The position numbers were made by a program, and so were the translations under genes. From an uncultured cyanobacterium (GTDB lineage: Bacteria; Cyanobacteriota; Cyanobacteriia; Cyanobacteriales; Cyanobacteriaceae), in assembly GCA_963749915.1 (NCBI GenBank), contig CAVVOP010000025.1:15625-79624 (forward strand): DNA of 64,000 bases. Direction: 5' to 3'. Positions 21,665 through 31,498 of this stretch are shown here, piece after piece. How positions within the stretch are numbered: the stretch's first letter is position 1; every line of letters begins with the position of its first letter. Under the pieces are notes generated by a model that was not told where the DNA came from, ran no database searches, and was given only the letters and a program-made list of their open reading frames with translations.

Positions 21665-24600
21665 TTAACTTTCTAAAGTTTGTTCAGTAAATACTTTAGC
21701 TTGTTCTAAGACTAATTCTGTTGCTAAAGCTTGCATATCTGGAGGATAGCCATATTGACGTAATAAACGTTTTACCATTACCTTCATTCTGGCTCTGACA
21801 CTCTCTTTAAGGTTCCAGTCAATGGAGGCATTTTTCTTGATTCTTTCCACAAGTGCGATCGCTAGGGCTTTCAGTTCGCCTACTCCCCATTACTTCCACA
21901 GCACTTTGATTTTGGGAAAGGGCATCATAAAAAGCGAGTTCGTAGGATTCGAGTCCTAGTTGTTCTCCTCGTTGGTCAGCTTCTTTTATTTCTTGAGAAA
22001 TAGCCAGAAGTTCTTCGATTACGTCGCTCACGCTGATAACGTGGTTATGGTAGCGACGCAGGGAATCTTCCAGCATTTTAGTCAGTTTACGACTCTGAAC
22101 AATATTTCTTTGACGACGGTTTTTAATTTCATCATTGAGCAGTTTTTGCAGGAGTTCAACAGCGAGGTTGCGGTGTTGCATACCCCGCACTTCGGCGATA
22201 AATTCATCGGAAATAATCGAGATGTCGGGATCTTTGATTCCTGCTTCATCAAAAATATTGACGACAGTATCAGAGACGAGGGCTTGATCTACTACCTGAC
22301 GAATAGCACTTTCAATTTCACGATTACTCAGTCCCCCATTATTAGGTTCAAGTTTATAGATACTGGCTTGGATGGCTTGGAAAAAAGAAATTTTTTCTGC
22401 TTGAGCGATCGCTTCTGGATGAGGAACTGCTAAGGAATAGGCTTTAGATAGGGCGGTAACTTCCCGTAAAAATCTTTCTTTTAAATCTGGCTGACAAACA
22501 AAATCTGTCGCCCCCATGAGGATATTTAATTTCTCTGCTGTAGTTGCTTCAAAATAATGGTCATAATCGAAGTCTGCCATCATTTGTTCCACCACTTCGA
22601 TTTTAGCTAGGAGTAAACCTAAAGCTACATCTTGATCTAGGGTAGGTTGTCCTTTACCGCCACTCTCCGCATAGAAACTGAGGGCTTTTTTAAGTTCCGT
22701 AGCCAGTCCTAAATAATCCACCACTAAGCCCCCTTGTTTCTCAAAATAGACACGGTTAATACGGGCGATCGCTTGCATAAGATTATGGGCTTTGAGAGGT
22801 TTATCTATATACATGGTATGGAGGCAGGGAGCATCAAATCCCGTGAGCCACATATCGCAGACAATCACCATTTGTAGCTCGTCTTCAGGGTCTTTGAGGC
22901 GTTGGGCGAGGATTTGACGGTCTTTTTTACTGGTGTGGTGCTGGACGAGGTTTCCTTCATCACAGGCATTAGCAGTCATCACCACCTTAATTTTCCCTTT
23001 GCTCAGGTCGTCATTATGCCAGTCTGGTAAGAGTTTAATCATCTGCTCGTAGAGGTCAGCGGCAATACGACGGCTCATCGTTACTATCATTGCTTTACCT
23101 CTATTTACTTGTTGTCGTTGCTCAAAATGATTAACGATATCAGAGGCGATCGCTTCGAGTCTTTTGCTTGAACCCACCAAAGCTTCTAATTGACTGCCTT
23201 TAGCTTTGGCTTTTTGGGTACTGCTGAGTTCTTCAAATTGTAAGTCTTCCTCTAGTTCATCAAGAAGTTGTCGTCCTAATTCATCCAGTTCCAAACGGAC
23301 TAAACGGCTTTCATAGTAAATGGGAACAGTAGCTCCATCTTTCACAGCCTGAGCGATGTCATAAACATCAATATAGTTACCAAAAACTTCTTTGGTGTTT
23401 TTATCTGTTTGTTCAATGGGTGTTCCTGTAAATCCCACAAAGGAAGCATTAGGTAAAGCATCACGGATATATCTAGCAAAGCCGTATTTAGTTTGTTTAC
23501 CAACTACCTTTCCTGATTCGTCCTTAATATCAACTTGTTTGGCTTTGAATCCATATTGGCTACGGTGGGCTTCATCGGCTAGGACAATGATATTAGAGCG
23601 ATCTGTTAGTTGAGGATAAAGGCTTTCTCCCTCAGTGGGGGCGAATTTCTGAATCGTACTAAAGATAACTCCACCAGAGGCTACTTTTAAGAGTTGTTGT
23701 AATCTTTCTCGATTATCCGCTTGTTGGGGTTCTTGGCGGAGGAGTTGACGACAGCCAGCGAAGGTATCAAAGAGTTGGTCGTCTAAATCATTGCGGTCTG
23801 TCAAAACTAGAACTGTAGGATTATCAAGGGCTTGACTCAATACTAATTTACCCGTGAGAAATACCATGGATAAAGATTTACCGCTACCTTGAGTATGCCA
23901 TATCACCCCTCCTTTTCTGTCTCCTTGTTGTTGATTTTTTAAGGGTGTAATGTGATAACTAGATTTGGTTTCTGCTACTTTGGGAAGGGATTTTGAGGGC
24001 TTGGTTTTATTGCTATAGGAAAGGGGTTGCTTTTGACTAGGAAGGTTAATAATTTTATTTTGATTTAGATTAGTACTGCTTGATGCTCTAGTAATACTTT
24101 TAAGGGCTTTATTAACAGCGTAATATTGATGATAGGCGGCAATTTTCTTCGTTTTTTGGATAGTGACAATCTCGGTTTCGGGATCTTGGGTTTTGCTTTC
24201 TTCAAAAACAGTAAAGTGGCGGATTAGGTCTAAGAGAGTGCTTTTATTAAGCATTCCTTCGGTGAGGATTTTTAGCTCGTTGGTGAGTCCGTCTGCTTCG
24301 GTATTTCCGTCTTTGGTTTTCCATGCCATGAAGCGGTTATAGTTAGCGGAGATAGAACCTGCACGGGCGGTTAGTCCATCGGAAATTACCAGCAGGGCAT
24401 TATAGCTAAACAGGCTGGGGATTTCTCGTTTATAGGTTTGCAGTTGGTTAAAGGCTTTGTAGGTATCGGCTTTTTTATCGGCGGCGTTTTTCAGTTCAAT
24501 TACGACTAAGGGTAAACCGTTAATAAACAAAATAATATCAGGACGGCGGTTATGATTATCTTCAATGACAGTAAATTGATTAACCGCTAGGAATTCGTTA

Positions 24601-24965
24601 TTGTCTGGATTATCCCAATCAATCAGCCAGACTTTTTCTCCTCTAGTTTCCCCATGTTTTTGATATTCAATGGTGATGCCTTCAGTTAGATATTGGTGGA
24701 ATTTTTGATCGTTGGTGATCAGGTCAGGACTGGCAATATTTAATACTTCTCGAATGGCTTGTTGTTGGCAGTCGTAGGGAATATCAGGGTTAATTTGACT
24801 AACGGTATTTTGCAGTCTTTGAAATAGCACCACATCACTGAAACTTTCTCTTTCTTGGTCTTTACCTTCAGGTTGGATGTCATAACCGCAGAGATAGCTA
24901 TAACCTAGTTTGTCGAGGAGTTCGAGGTTAAAGAGTTCGATGTCGTCTTCGGTGGTGTATTTCAT
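21665..24965 (-). CDS. hsdR: Type I restriction endonuclease subunit R, with one +1 frameshift at the C4 run 21885-21888 (possible sequencing error)
   Basis: PDIILFINGLPLVVIELK, HTQGSGKS, DEAHRSQYG, MWLTGFDAP, QAIARINR; C-terminus continues in ORF 21665-21850. Confidence 0.92.
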
Positions 24966-25176
24966 AAATCCCAAGGGTTGATGATGTTAATTTGGCACTC
25001 TATAAAATCATTTACATTTCGAGTGGCTAAAGTTGCTTGATGGGTACGACAAATAGAAGCGATTTGAGCGTCAAATTGAGAAATAGGTTTTCCCCTTTGT
25101 CGGCGTTCAGCAGCGATGAGAGCATAATAATAGGCTTCATTAATTCAGACAGAATATTAGTATCAAGAATTATCAT
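24962..25176 (-). pseudogene. VapC/FitB PIN toxin with large internal deletion
   Basis: MIILDTNILSELMKP joined out of frame to ...GKPISQFDAQIASIC...LATRNVNDF...INPWDL*. Confidence 0.8.
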
Positions 25177-25182
25177 GAACCT

Positions 25183-25431
25183 CTAAAAGGTAGGTGGTTT
25201 TCTAATGGCTTCTCTCGGTGTTTCGGGGATGTCAAATTCTCCAAGGGGTGCAAAGCGTTGGGCGATCGCCGTTGCTAAGTCTTGGGTTGAGGTGGTTTGT
25301 GATTCAGAAAGTAAAGCAGTAGATAAAATAGCGGTAATTTCTGCTTCAATGGTGCGTCCGTTTTGAGTGGCTCGTTGTTGCAAACGTTCTTTTAGTTGGG
25401 GTTCAAGTTGTTCTAAGATGATGTTGGTCAT
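25183..25431 (-). CDS. FitA-like ribbon-helix-helix antitoxin
   Basis: LKERLQQRATQNGRTIEAEITAIL; directly upstream of the vapC remnant. Confidence 0.8.
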   Translation of the reverse strand: MTNIILEQLEPQLKERLQQRATQNGRTIEAEITAILSTALLSESQTTSTQDLATAIAQRFAPLGEFDIPETPREAIRKPPTF

Positions 25432-25447
25432 AGTCCTAGTAGTTTAG

Positions 25448-25711
25448 TTATTTTTTTTCTATGTTGGTTTTTTGATGTTCTACATAAGTCCGCAGAACGT
25501 TATTAATAAATGTTTGATAGCCTTTACCTTGACTTTTGAACCAACCTAAAATGTCACTATCTAAGCGAATAGAAATAGATTGTTTAGTAATCGGTTCAAC
25601 CATCTTGGCGTTTTCCCAGAAGTTATCGTCTAATTCGGGAATATCTGAAGTATTAATGGCTTCATCAGGTATATTCTCTATTTCTTTAAGTCGCTTGAGC
25701 GAGATATCCAT
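25448..25711 (-). CDS. BrnA antitoxin (partner BrnT reduced to ~14 C-terminal codons)
   Basis: SDIPELDDNFW, ISIRLDSDILGWFKSQGKGYQTFINNVLR; overlapping upstream remnant ERRIYYGYLAQAT*. Confidence 0.85.
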   Translation of the reverse strand: MDISLKRLKEIENIPDEAINTSDIPELDDNFWENAKMVEPITKQSISIRLDSDILGWFKSQGKGYQTFINNVLRTYVEHQKTNIEKK

Positions 25712-25794
25712 AGTATATTCTCCTTTCTTATAATAGAGTTATATATCAACAGCTTAATTATGATCATGTAAAAAAAACTTTTGATGTTAATTTA

Positions 25795-26046
25795 TTGGAA
25801 GATAGTTTATCAGAGTTGTTGTTAGCTATTCAAAATCGGGTAGAGGTTACTTTAACCCGTGATGGTGTGCCGTTAGCGAAGGTTTTACCTTTTCCATCAA
25901 ATCAGGAAAATGTTACTACGGATAACAAAGTTTTAAAGCCACGCACTGCTGGAGGTTGGGAAGGGCAAATTTCGATTGCGGATGATTTTGATGATGAGTC
26001 ACCCGAAATTAATGCTATGTTTTACGATAATGTTTGTCATATATAG
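25795..26046 (+). CDS. Phd/YefM-like antitoxin (orphan)
   Basis: LTRDGVPLAKVLP...PRTAGGWEGQISIADDFD; no toxin ORF follows. Confidence 0.6.
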   Translation: MEDSLSELLLAIQNRVEVTLTRDGVPLAKVLPFPSNQENVTTDNKVLKPRTAGGWEGQISIADDFDDESPEINAMFYDNVCHI

Positions 26047-26122
26047 TTGTTTGTTCTCATCTTTTTTTCTATTAGCTTATGATAAAATACTTTATTAATA
26101 TCTCTTGTTAAAAGTTGAAGTT

Positions 26123-26347
26123 ATGAAGACAATTACTATTCCTGTTGCAGAAGAAATTAAAAGGGCTTTTGAGTCTGCTAATCCTGAAACTCAGCAACAA
26201 TTAACTTCTCTTATTAGCTTATTTTTTCAATACAGTTTAGCTGATAAAAGTTTAACTGATGTCATGGCAGAAATTTCTAAAAATGCTCAGGCAAGGGGAT
26301 TAACTCCTGAAATTTTAGCTGAGATTTTAGCAGAAGATAATGATTAG
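26123..26347 (+). CDS. Putative antitoxin of the PIN module
   Basis: ISKNAQARGLTPEILAEIL; overlaps the PIN gene start. Confidence 0.7.
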   Translation: MKTITIPVAEEIKRAFESANPETQQQLTSLISLFFQYSLADKSLTDVMAEISKNAQARGLTPEILAEILAEDND

Positions 26348-26740
26348 AGTTGTTATCGATACTAATATCTTTGTTAGTGCTTTATTGTTTGAAAATTCCC
26401 TACCTTTTCAAGTAGTAAAGTTAGCAGAAAGTAAGGGGTTATTTTATTTTCTAAGGCTACTTTAGGGGAGTTAAAACAAGTTTTAAATCGGAAAAAGTTT
26501 GATAAATATATAACATTACAGGAAAGGGAGGCTTTTTTATTAAAGTTAATGATGGCTGGTGAAAATATTATTATTCATCGGAAAATAAGGGCTTGTCGTG
26601 ATGAAAAGGATAATAAGTTTTTAGAATTAGCTATTAATGGAAAGGCTGATTTTATTATTACTGGAGATAATGATTTATTGGTATTGAATCCTTTTGAAAA
26701 TATAGCCATTATTAAGCCTGATGTTTTTATTAATAGTTAG
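26340..26740 (+). pseudogene. PIN-domain toxin with a 1-nt deletion near 26440 (possibly a sequencing error)
   Basis: MIRVVIDTNIFVSALL, then CRDEKDNKFLELA and IITGDNDLL in another frame. Confidence 0.75.
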
Positions 26741-26822
26741 CAATAATTGTGCCTACTTGTCCACGATAAAAATTAATTTCTGGCAAGTCTTCTAATAATG
26801 ATACTACATCTAAAAGTTTCAT
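26730..26822 (-). pseudogene. DUF4926-like N-terminal fragment
   Basis: MKLLDVVSLLEDLPEINFYRGQVGTII, truncated at the oppositely oriented block. Confidence 0.6.
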
Positions 26823-26882
26823 GTTTTTTTTTGGCTCCTTAAAGTAGATAACAGGTGACTAATATCTGTCTGATTAGTATTC

Positions 26883-27101
26883 TTAATCTTCTTTTTTAGT
26901 GTTTTCAAAGGCTTTGATTTTGTCATAAAGACTATCTACGGTTTCATCTTTGAATAATTGGTTTTTAAGGTGAGAATAATCACCTTTTCCTAAGTGACAA
27001 ATTTCCCAAAAACGCATCACTTTTACCACATCTAAATGATCAATTAATACATTAAATGCTTCTTCGATAATTTGTTGATCTGTATTAAGATTAATTTTCA
27101 T
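26883..27101 (-). CDS. Putative antitoxin/partner of the upstream PIN protein
   Basis: 72 aa; overlaps the PIN gene end; RFW...GKGDYS motif. Confidence 0.6.
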   Translation of the reverse strand: MKINLNTDQQIIEEAFNVLIDHLDVVKVMRFWEICHLGKGDYSHLKNQLFKDETVDSLYDKIKAFENTKKED

Positions 27102-27528
27102 CGTCTAATTCCTGTATAAAATCTATGGGATTAATGGCTCTTATATTAAGCATTTGGCATCGGTTTAGTAATCGTTTATCACAAGTAATAAAATAATCAC
27201 TTTTTGAGGCTTCAAAACTAGCAACGTGGAGAGCATCTATAGCCTTTATTCCTCGTGTTTGTAGTTGTTTTGCCCTTTGTTTGATAGTTTCATTTAAAGG
27301 CTGAAATAAGGTTGTTTCTTTAAGGTATTTTTTAATGGCTTGTTGAATAATAGGAAAGGGATTTTGTTGATTTTCATATTCTAATACCGATGAGTTAACG
27401 GATTCTAGTTGATGGTTTTCGATAAGGGTAAAAATAATAATAGTTGCTTGTGTTTCTAAGTATATCTTGGCTTGGCTTTGGTCATCATAAGGGCGATTAT
27501 ATACGCTAGTATCTAAATAAATTTTCAT
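27091..27528 (-). CDS. PIN-domain protein (intact)
   Basis: IYLDTSVYNRPYDDQSQ, DALHVA, FITCDKRL. Confidence 0.85.
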   Translation of the reverse strand: MKIYLDTSVYNRPYDDQSQAKIYLETQATIIIFTLIENHQLESVNSSVLEYENQQNPFPIIQQAIKKYLKETTLFQPLNETIKQRAKQLQTRGIKAIDALHVASFEASKSDYFITCDKRLLNRCQMLNIRAINPIDFIQELDDEN

Positions 27529-27568
27529 GATTTATCACTACTTTGATTATATGAAATATTTTCATCTT

Positions 27569-28839
27569 TCACTCCTTCACTCTTATCTGTCCGCTCATTA
27601 GTTTAGGAAGTAAAGTATCACGGGTTTTTGTTAGGGTTTGGATTTGTTTTTGATTAGCTTTGACTTTTTCAAATAAAGGAGTACAAACATCTTGATATTG
27701 TTTGATCAATTGGACTTCACCTATAGTTAATTGATAGGTTATTATCATATCATTAGGTACTCTTTGTCGTCCTGATGTACCTGTCATATTTTTAACTGCG
27801 TAATCTCTAAAATTAGGACTTCTTGTTAAACAATATACATAATGAGGACAACAACAAGATTTGGCTCTTAAGACAATAAATTCTGTTGAACCAAAAGCGA
27901 CTTCATCCTTATTTAAAATATTGACAAATGCTGTTTTTCCATTCTCTAAACAAGGAGTAATTCTTGCCATTAATACATCGTTATTTCTAAATTTACTGCC
28001 CGATGTAAACTCTCTTGTTATAAAACTTACTATTTCCATACTGGTGGTGGATAATGCTTTCATATCAATATATTTAACAAAATCTCCTTTTTTAATTGAT
28101 TCTTTTGGATTAACTTCTATAACTTCCTCTAACTTTCCAACTCGCCAACTTGCAGGAATTTCGCCTAATTCAGACGCAACGCATTTCACCACCAGAGGAT
28201 TTATAAGGTTTACCGTCTTCATTGGGAAACTCAAAATCTATAAACCAATGCTTAAATAAGGTCTGGGCGATCGCTTCTAAGGTTTCATTCTGCCTTCTCA
28301 AATTCTCAATCTTCGCATCTAAACAGGATAACATATCAGAGGCGACTTGCTTTTTGTGTTTTAATATCGGGAATCTTGATTGTTAAATTGTTAACTGCTT
28401 TTTTTGTAATTGTTTTAGTAACAGAACCTTCCGCAAATTGTTTTACATATTTCTCATTGTGTTTCAAATAAAAATATATAAATTTTTGATTAGCTTTATT
28501 TTTATTAATTCTAACTAAAAATAAATTCATTGCTAAAGAAACTGGCTTATTCAATTGAGGCATTAAGTATACAGAACCAGCGTTAGCAATCTTATTCATA
28601 ATAATGTCATTCGCATACACTTTTGATTTCTCAAGAAAATCATATGCATGTCTATCGATATATTTTAAATTTGAGAAAAAATCATTCTGTTCTAAGTTTG
28701 TTGTTCTTATCATCACGGCATAATTAGGCTCATCTAAAAGCTCAACATTTTTTTTTAGAACTTTGTATGAACCATTAGCATGATAATCAGTTAAAACTTC
28801 AATAATTTCACCTAAGTTTATTTCTTTCCACTCACTCAT
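27569..28839 (-). CDS. hsdS: Type I R-M specificity subunit S, split by small indels near 28185 and 28340 (possible sequencing errors)
   Basis: MSEWKEINLGE; central LDAKIENLRRQNETLEAIAQTLFKHWF; GTSGRQRV; RDTLLPKLMSGQIRV. Confidence 0.88.
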
Positions 28840-29191
28840 ATCTCAAACCTCATCCTCTCCAAACTGTGCATTGATTCTGTTAATAGCTATTTCTAAATCT
28901 GGTAAATAATTGTCAATAATCAACCAGACGGTTTCCAAATCTAACTCCTAGATAATCATGGGCTAAAAAATTCCTAAAATTGCCAATTTTAAACCATTCA
29001 ATTCAGGTTCAGTATCTTTCCATTCCTGCGGTAACTTCTTAATGGATTCTCCCATTATCTCCAAATTACGCAATACAGCATCTTGTACCATTTGATTATT
29101 CATAAAATCCGTTTTACCATTGACAAGATAGAGATTGATTCGCTCTCAAACATTCTCTCACATGGATTAAATATAATCTGCTATCCTTCAT
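28840..29191 (-). pseudogene. HepT/DUF86 HEPN toxin with several single-base indels (possibly sequencing errors)
   Basis: QDAVLRNLEIMGESIKKL and RNFLAHDY (R-X4-H) across frames. Confidence 0.75.
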
Positions 29192-29481
29192 AAACTCACC
29201 GCTTCAGCCAAAACTCGCTCTCGGATATACCAATGTAAACCCTTCTCCGTCACCACATCCACTTTTCGCCCTAATAATTCCTCCAAGTCAATAATTAATC
29301 CCGTAGGAAACCAAGAGGAAGTGCGGTTTAAGTCATAATCAATCAAAAAGTCAATATCACTTTCTGGGGTATCCTCACCCTTGACTACCGAACCAAAAAC
29401 ACGCACATTAAAAGCCCCATGTTGTTCTGCTAAATCTAAAATTTCTTGGCGTTTTTCTTTTAGTAATTCTTGTAAAGACAT
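29188..29481 (-). CDS. MntA-type minimal nucleotidyltransferase antitoxin
   Basis: RVFGSVVKGEDTPESDIDFL, LEELLGRKVDVV. Confidence 0.9.
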   Translation of the reverse strand: MSLQELLKEKRQEILDLAEQHGAFNVRVFGSVVKGEDTPESDIDFLIDYDLNRTSSWFPTGLIIDLEELLGRKVDVVTEKGLHWYIRERVLAEAVSL

Positions 29482-29486
29482 AATTT

Positions 29487-29795
29487 TTATCCCTCAAACC
29501 AATTGTAAATTTCTAAGTCCTGAAAGTCGGCAAAATCTTTAACATTATTAGTAACTAATACCAACTCTCGCCCCGGACTTTTGTCTCTTAAATCAGCAAA
29601 ATCATCATCCGTAAAGACAATACCATCTTTTTCAATCCTTTCTCTAAACTTCAATAAACCTTGCCAAAAAAGCTCCCCATTATCCTGTTGATTAACAACT
29701 TCTTTCTTTAATCGTTGCTCAAGGATATTAAATAATGAAACTTGTTCCTCTGGAGATAAATCATCCAAACCTTGGATCATTTCTTGTAACTTCAT
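29487..29795 (-). CDS. Antitoxin fused in frame to the last ~25 aa of a deleted VapC toxin
   Basis: FWQGLLKFRE...DFADLRDKSPGRE followed by PIN tail LVLVTNNVKDFADFQDLEIYNWF. Confidence 0.7.
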   Translation of the reverse strand: MKLQEMIQGLDDLSPEEQVSLFNILEQRLKKEVVNQQDNGELFWQGLLKFRERIEKDGIVFTDDDFADLRDKSPGRELVLVTNNVKDFADFQDLEIYNWFEG

Positions 29796-30076
29796 TTATA
29801 CACCTCATCATGACTACCAATATCAATCAATAAAATCACTATTTCTAAAAATTCTCCCTCTTCTGAGAAATCAAAAATAATTCTGCAATCATAAGTAACA
29901 GAACAAGACTAAAGACCAGCCAAATTACCACTTAGTTTATAGGATTTAAGAGAAGGAGTAAATGGATCATCAGCTAAAAGCCTAAGCACAGCAAAAATTT
30001 TATTTTTTAACCGAGGATTTTTTTTGATAACTTTTTTATAAGAACGCTTAAAACCTTTACTCCAAACAACCTTCAT
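29792..30076 (-). pseudogene. RelE/YafQ-family toxin with a nonsense codon (TAG at 29909-29911)
   Basis: MKVVWSKGFKRSYKK...DPFTPSLKSYKLSGNLAGL*SCSVTYDCRIIF...DIGSHDEVY; the paralog has W at this position. Confidence 0.85.
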
Positions 30077-30308
30077 CTTCAGCCTCGCTCAAATCAGCAA
30101 TCAAATCATCCACTGTTCCTACTTTAGCAGTACCAGAAGGGGTCAGCGTAGCTGCACCTTTGGCGATCGCTTCTTTTAATTCACGAGCATTAGCCAAAAT
30201 TTCCGCCTCCCTTGTCTTCGCTCGATGTTGACGCAGAATTTCTAACAAATCATCTTGTTCGTCTGGGGACAACTTTTCAAAAGACTTAATCATTTCTGCG
30301 ATTGTCAT
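30057..30308 (-). CDS. Antitoxin partner of the RelE/YafQ pseudogene
   Basis: Paralog of 31280-31498 (LSPDEQDDLLEILRQHR...EILANA). Confidence 0.7.
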   Translation of the reverse strand: MTIAEMIKSFEKLSPDEQDDLLEILRQHRAKTREAEILANARELKEAIAKGAATLTPSGTAKVGTVDDLIADLSEAEDEGCLE

Positions 30309-30390
30309 TACTCCACCTCCCAAGCAAAACTAACATTATCCATCCTCTCGAATACCAAAAAAACGCCATTACCGCAGATTTCCTCCAAAA

Positions 30391-30624
30391 TCAACCAGAA
30401 AAAGCAAAAACATCAACCAGAATTGATCTTTGAGGTGATGGATTATTATTGAGCATTAAACGAATATTCTCTGCTGTTTCTGCGGTAAAGATTATTTCTC
30501 CACAACGAGAGCATACTTGTGCTGGGATATTTTCCACCAAAACTAACTTATCATTCAAATTAAAAGTTTGATTAACCAGAGTTTCCTGCCAATCATTAGC
30601 ATTACAAACATGACAATTATCCAT
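30391..30624 (-). CDS. YgiT/MqsA-type zinc-finger protein (putative antitoxin)
   Basis: CHVC...VENIPAQVCSRCGE. Confidence 0.85.
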   Translation of the reverse strand: MDNCHVCNANDWQETLVNQTFNLNDKLVLVENIPAQVCSRCGEIIFTAETAENIRLMLNNNPSPQRSILVDVFAFSG

Positions 30625-30938
30625 TATGTCCTCCTTTGTTTATAATTAATCCATTCTTCAGACGATGGTTCATATAAAGTAATAATAGTTAAAAATTCTC
30701 CTTCTTTTCTCGATACCTGCAAATGTAAAACCCGATTATTAATTGTTAACCCTAATAGCAAACAACTAGGAGAATATTTATCATCTGGGTAATTTTCAAT
30801 AATAATCGCATTTTTTCCCGTTTCTTTAATCTCCTCTAAACTTATATTTCTCTCTACCAAACGCTGTAAACTATGACGGGTAAATTGAATTTTGCCCTTA
30901 GTTAGTTGTTGCCTAATTTGCTTAAGGGATTTCATCAA
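30624..30938 (-). CDS. DUF4258 putative toxin
   Basis: FTRHSLQRLVERNIS, IIENYPDDKYSPSCLLLG, IITLYEP. Confidence 0.85.
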   Translation of the reverse strand: MMKSLKQIRQQLTKGKIQFTRHSLQRLVERNISLEEIKETGKNAIIIENYPDDKYSPSCLLLGLTINNRVLHLQVSRKEGEFLTIITLYEPSSEEWINYKQRRT

Positions 30939-31001
30939 AAATCTCCCAAAGAAAAACCGACTTTCTCTAAATGTATTCTAATCCCGTTGCCAATAGACAC
31001 C

Positions 31002-31283
31002 TTAGTAAACTTCATCATGACTACCAATATCAACTAAAACAATCAAATCTTCCCTCGTCATAGGATCTTGCTTGAAAGCAAAAACAATTCGATAATTATA
31101 AGTAACCGAACAAGACCATAATCCTTTTAGTTGTCCTGTTAGCTTGTGAGACTTCAAAGAAGGTGTAAAAGGATCTTCTTCTAACAGTTGCAAAGTCTCT
31201 AAAATCTTATCTTGTAATTGGGGATTTTTTTTGACTAACCGTTTAAAATTCCTTTTAAAAATCTTCTCGGTTACTAAAATCAT
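31002..31283 (-). CDS. RelE/YafQ-family mRNA interferase toxin (intact)
   Basis: DPFTPSLKSHKLTGQLKGLWSCSV, DIGSHDEVY. Confidence 0.88.
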   Translation of the reverse strand: MILVTEKIFKRNFKRLVKKNPQLQDKILETLQLLEEDPFTPSLKSHKLTGQLKGLWSCSVTYNYRIVFAFKQDPMTREDLIVLVDIGSHDEVY

Positions 31284-31498
31284 TCTTCCTCATCCTCTAA
31301 CAAATAAGCCTTTAGATCTTCAAAAGTTCCTTTTTTAGCTGTTCCCTTTTCTAAGGCATTAAATGCTTGTTGAGCATTAGATGCAATTTCAGTTCGTCGA
31401 GCCTCAATGCGACGTTTACGAAGCAACTCAAATAATTCCTCTTGATCTTCTACAGATAAAACCTCGATCGCTTCTACTATTTCTTGATAAGTCATCAT
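31280..31498 (-). CDS. Antitoxin of the YafQ-like toxin
   Basis: 72 aa with acidic C-terminus; 4-nt overlap with the toxin gene. Confidence 0.75.
   Translation of the reverse strand: MMTYQEIVEAIEVLSVEDQEELFELLRKRRIEARRTEIASNAQQAFNALEKGTAKKGTFEDLKAYLLEDEEE

Noticed and set aside
23930..24090. Low-complexity insert in HsdR before the Walker A motif as an intein
   Set aside because: Too short and lacks intein terminal residues (C/S...HN); more likely a variable linker.
27569..28839. hsdS shufflon (invertible specificity domains)
   Set aside because: Only one hsdS with two TRDs, no extra half-genes and no recombinase. The split is due to small indels.
21880..29190. Single-base frameshifts in hsdR, the PIN gene, hsdS and hepT as programmed frameshifting or phase variation
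   Set aside because: Scattered 1-2 nt indels also hit the conserved GH57/DUF3536 gene and the caspase. This pattern is typical of long-read consensus error, and there are no long repeat tracts or clear slippery sites. Read-level checking is needed.
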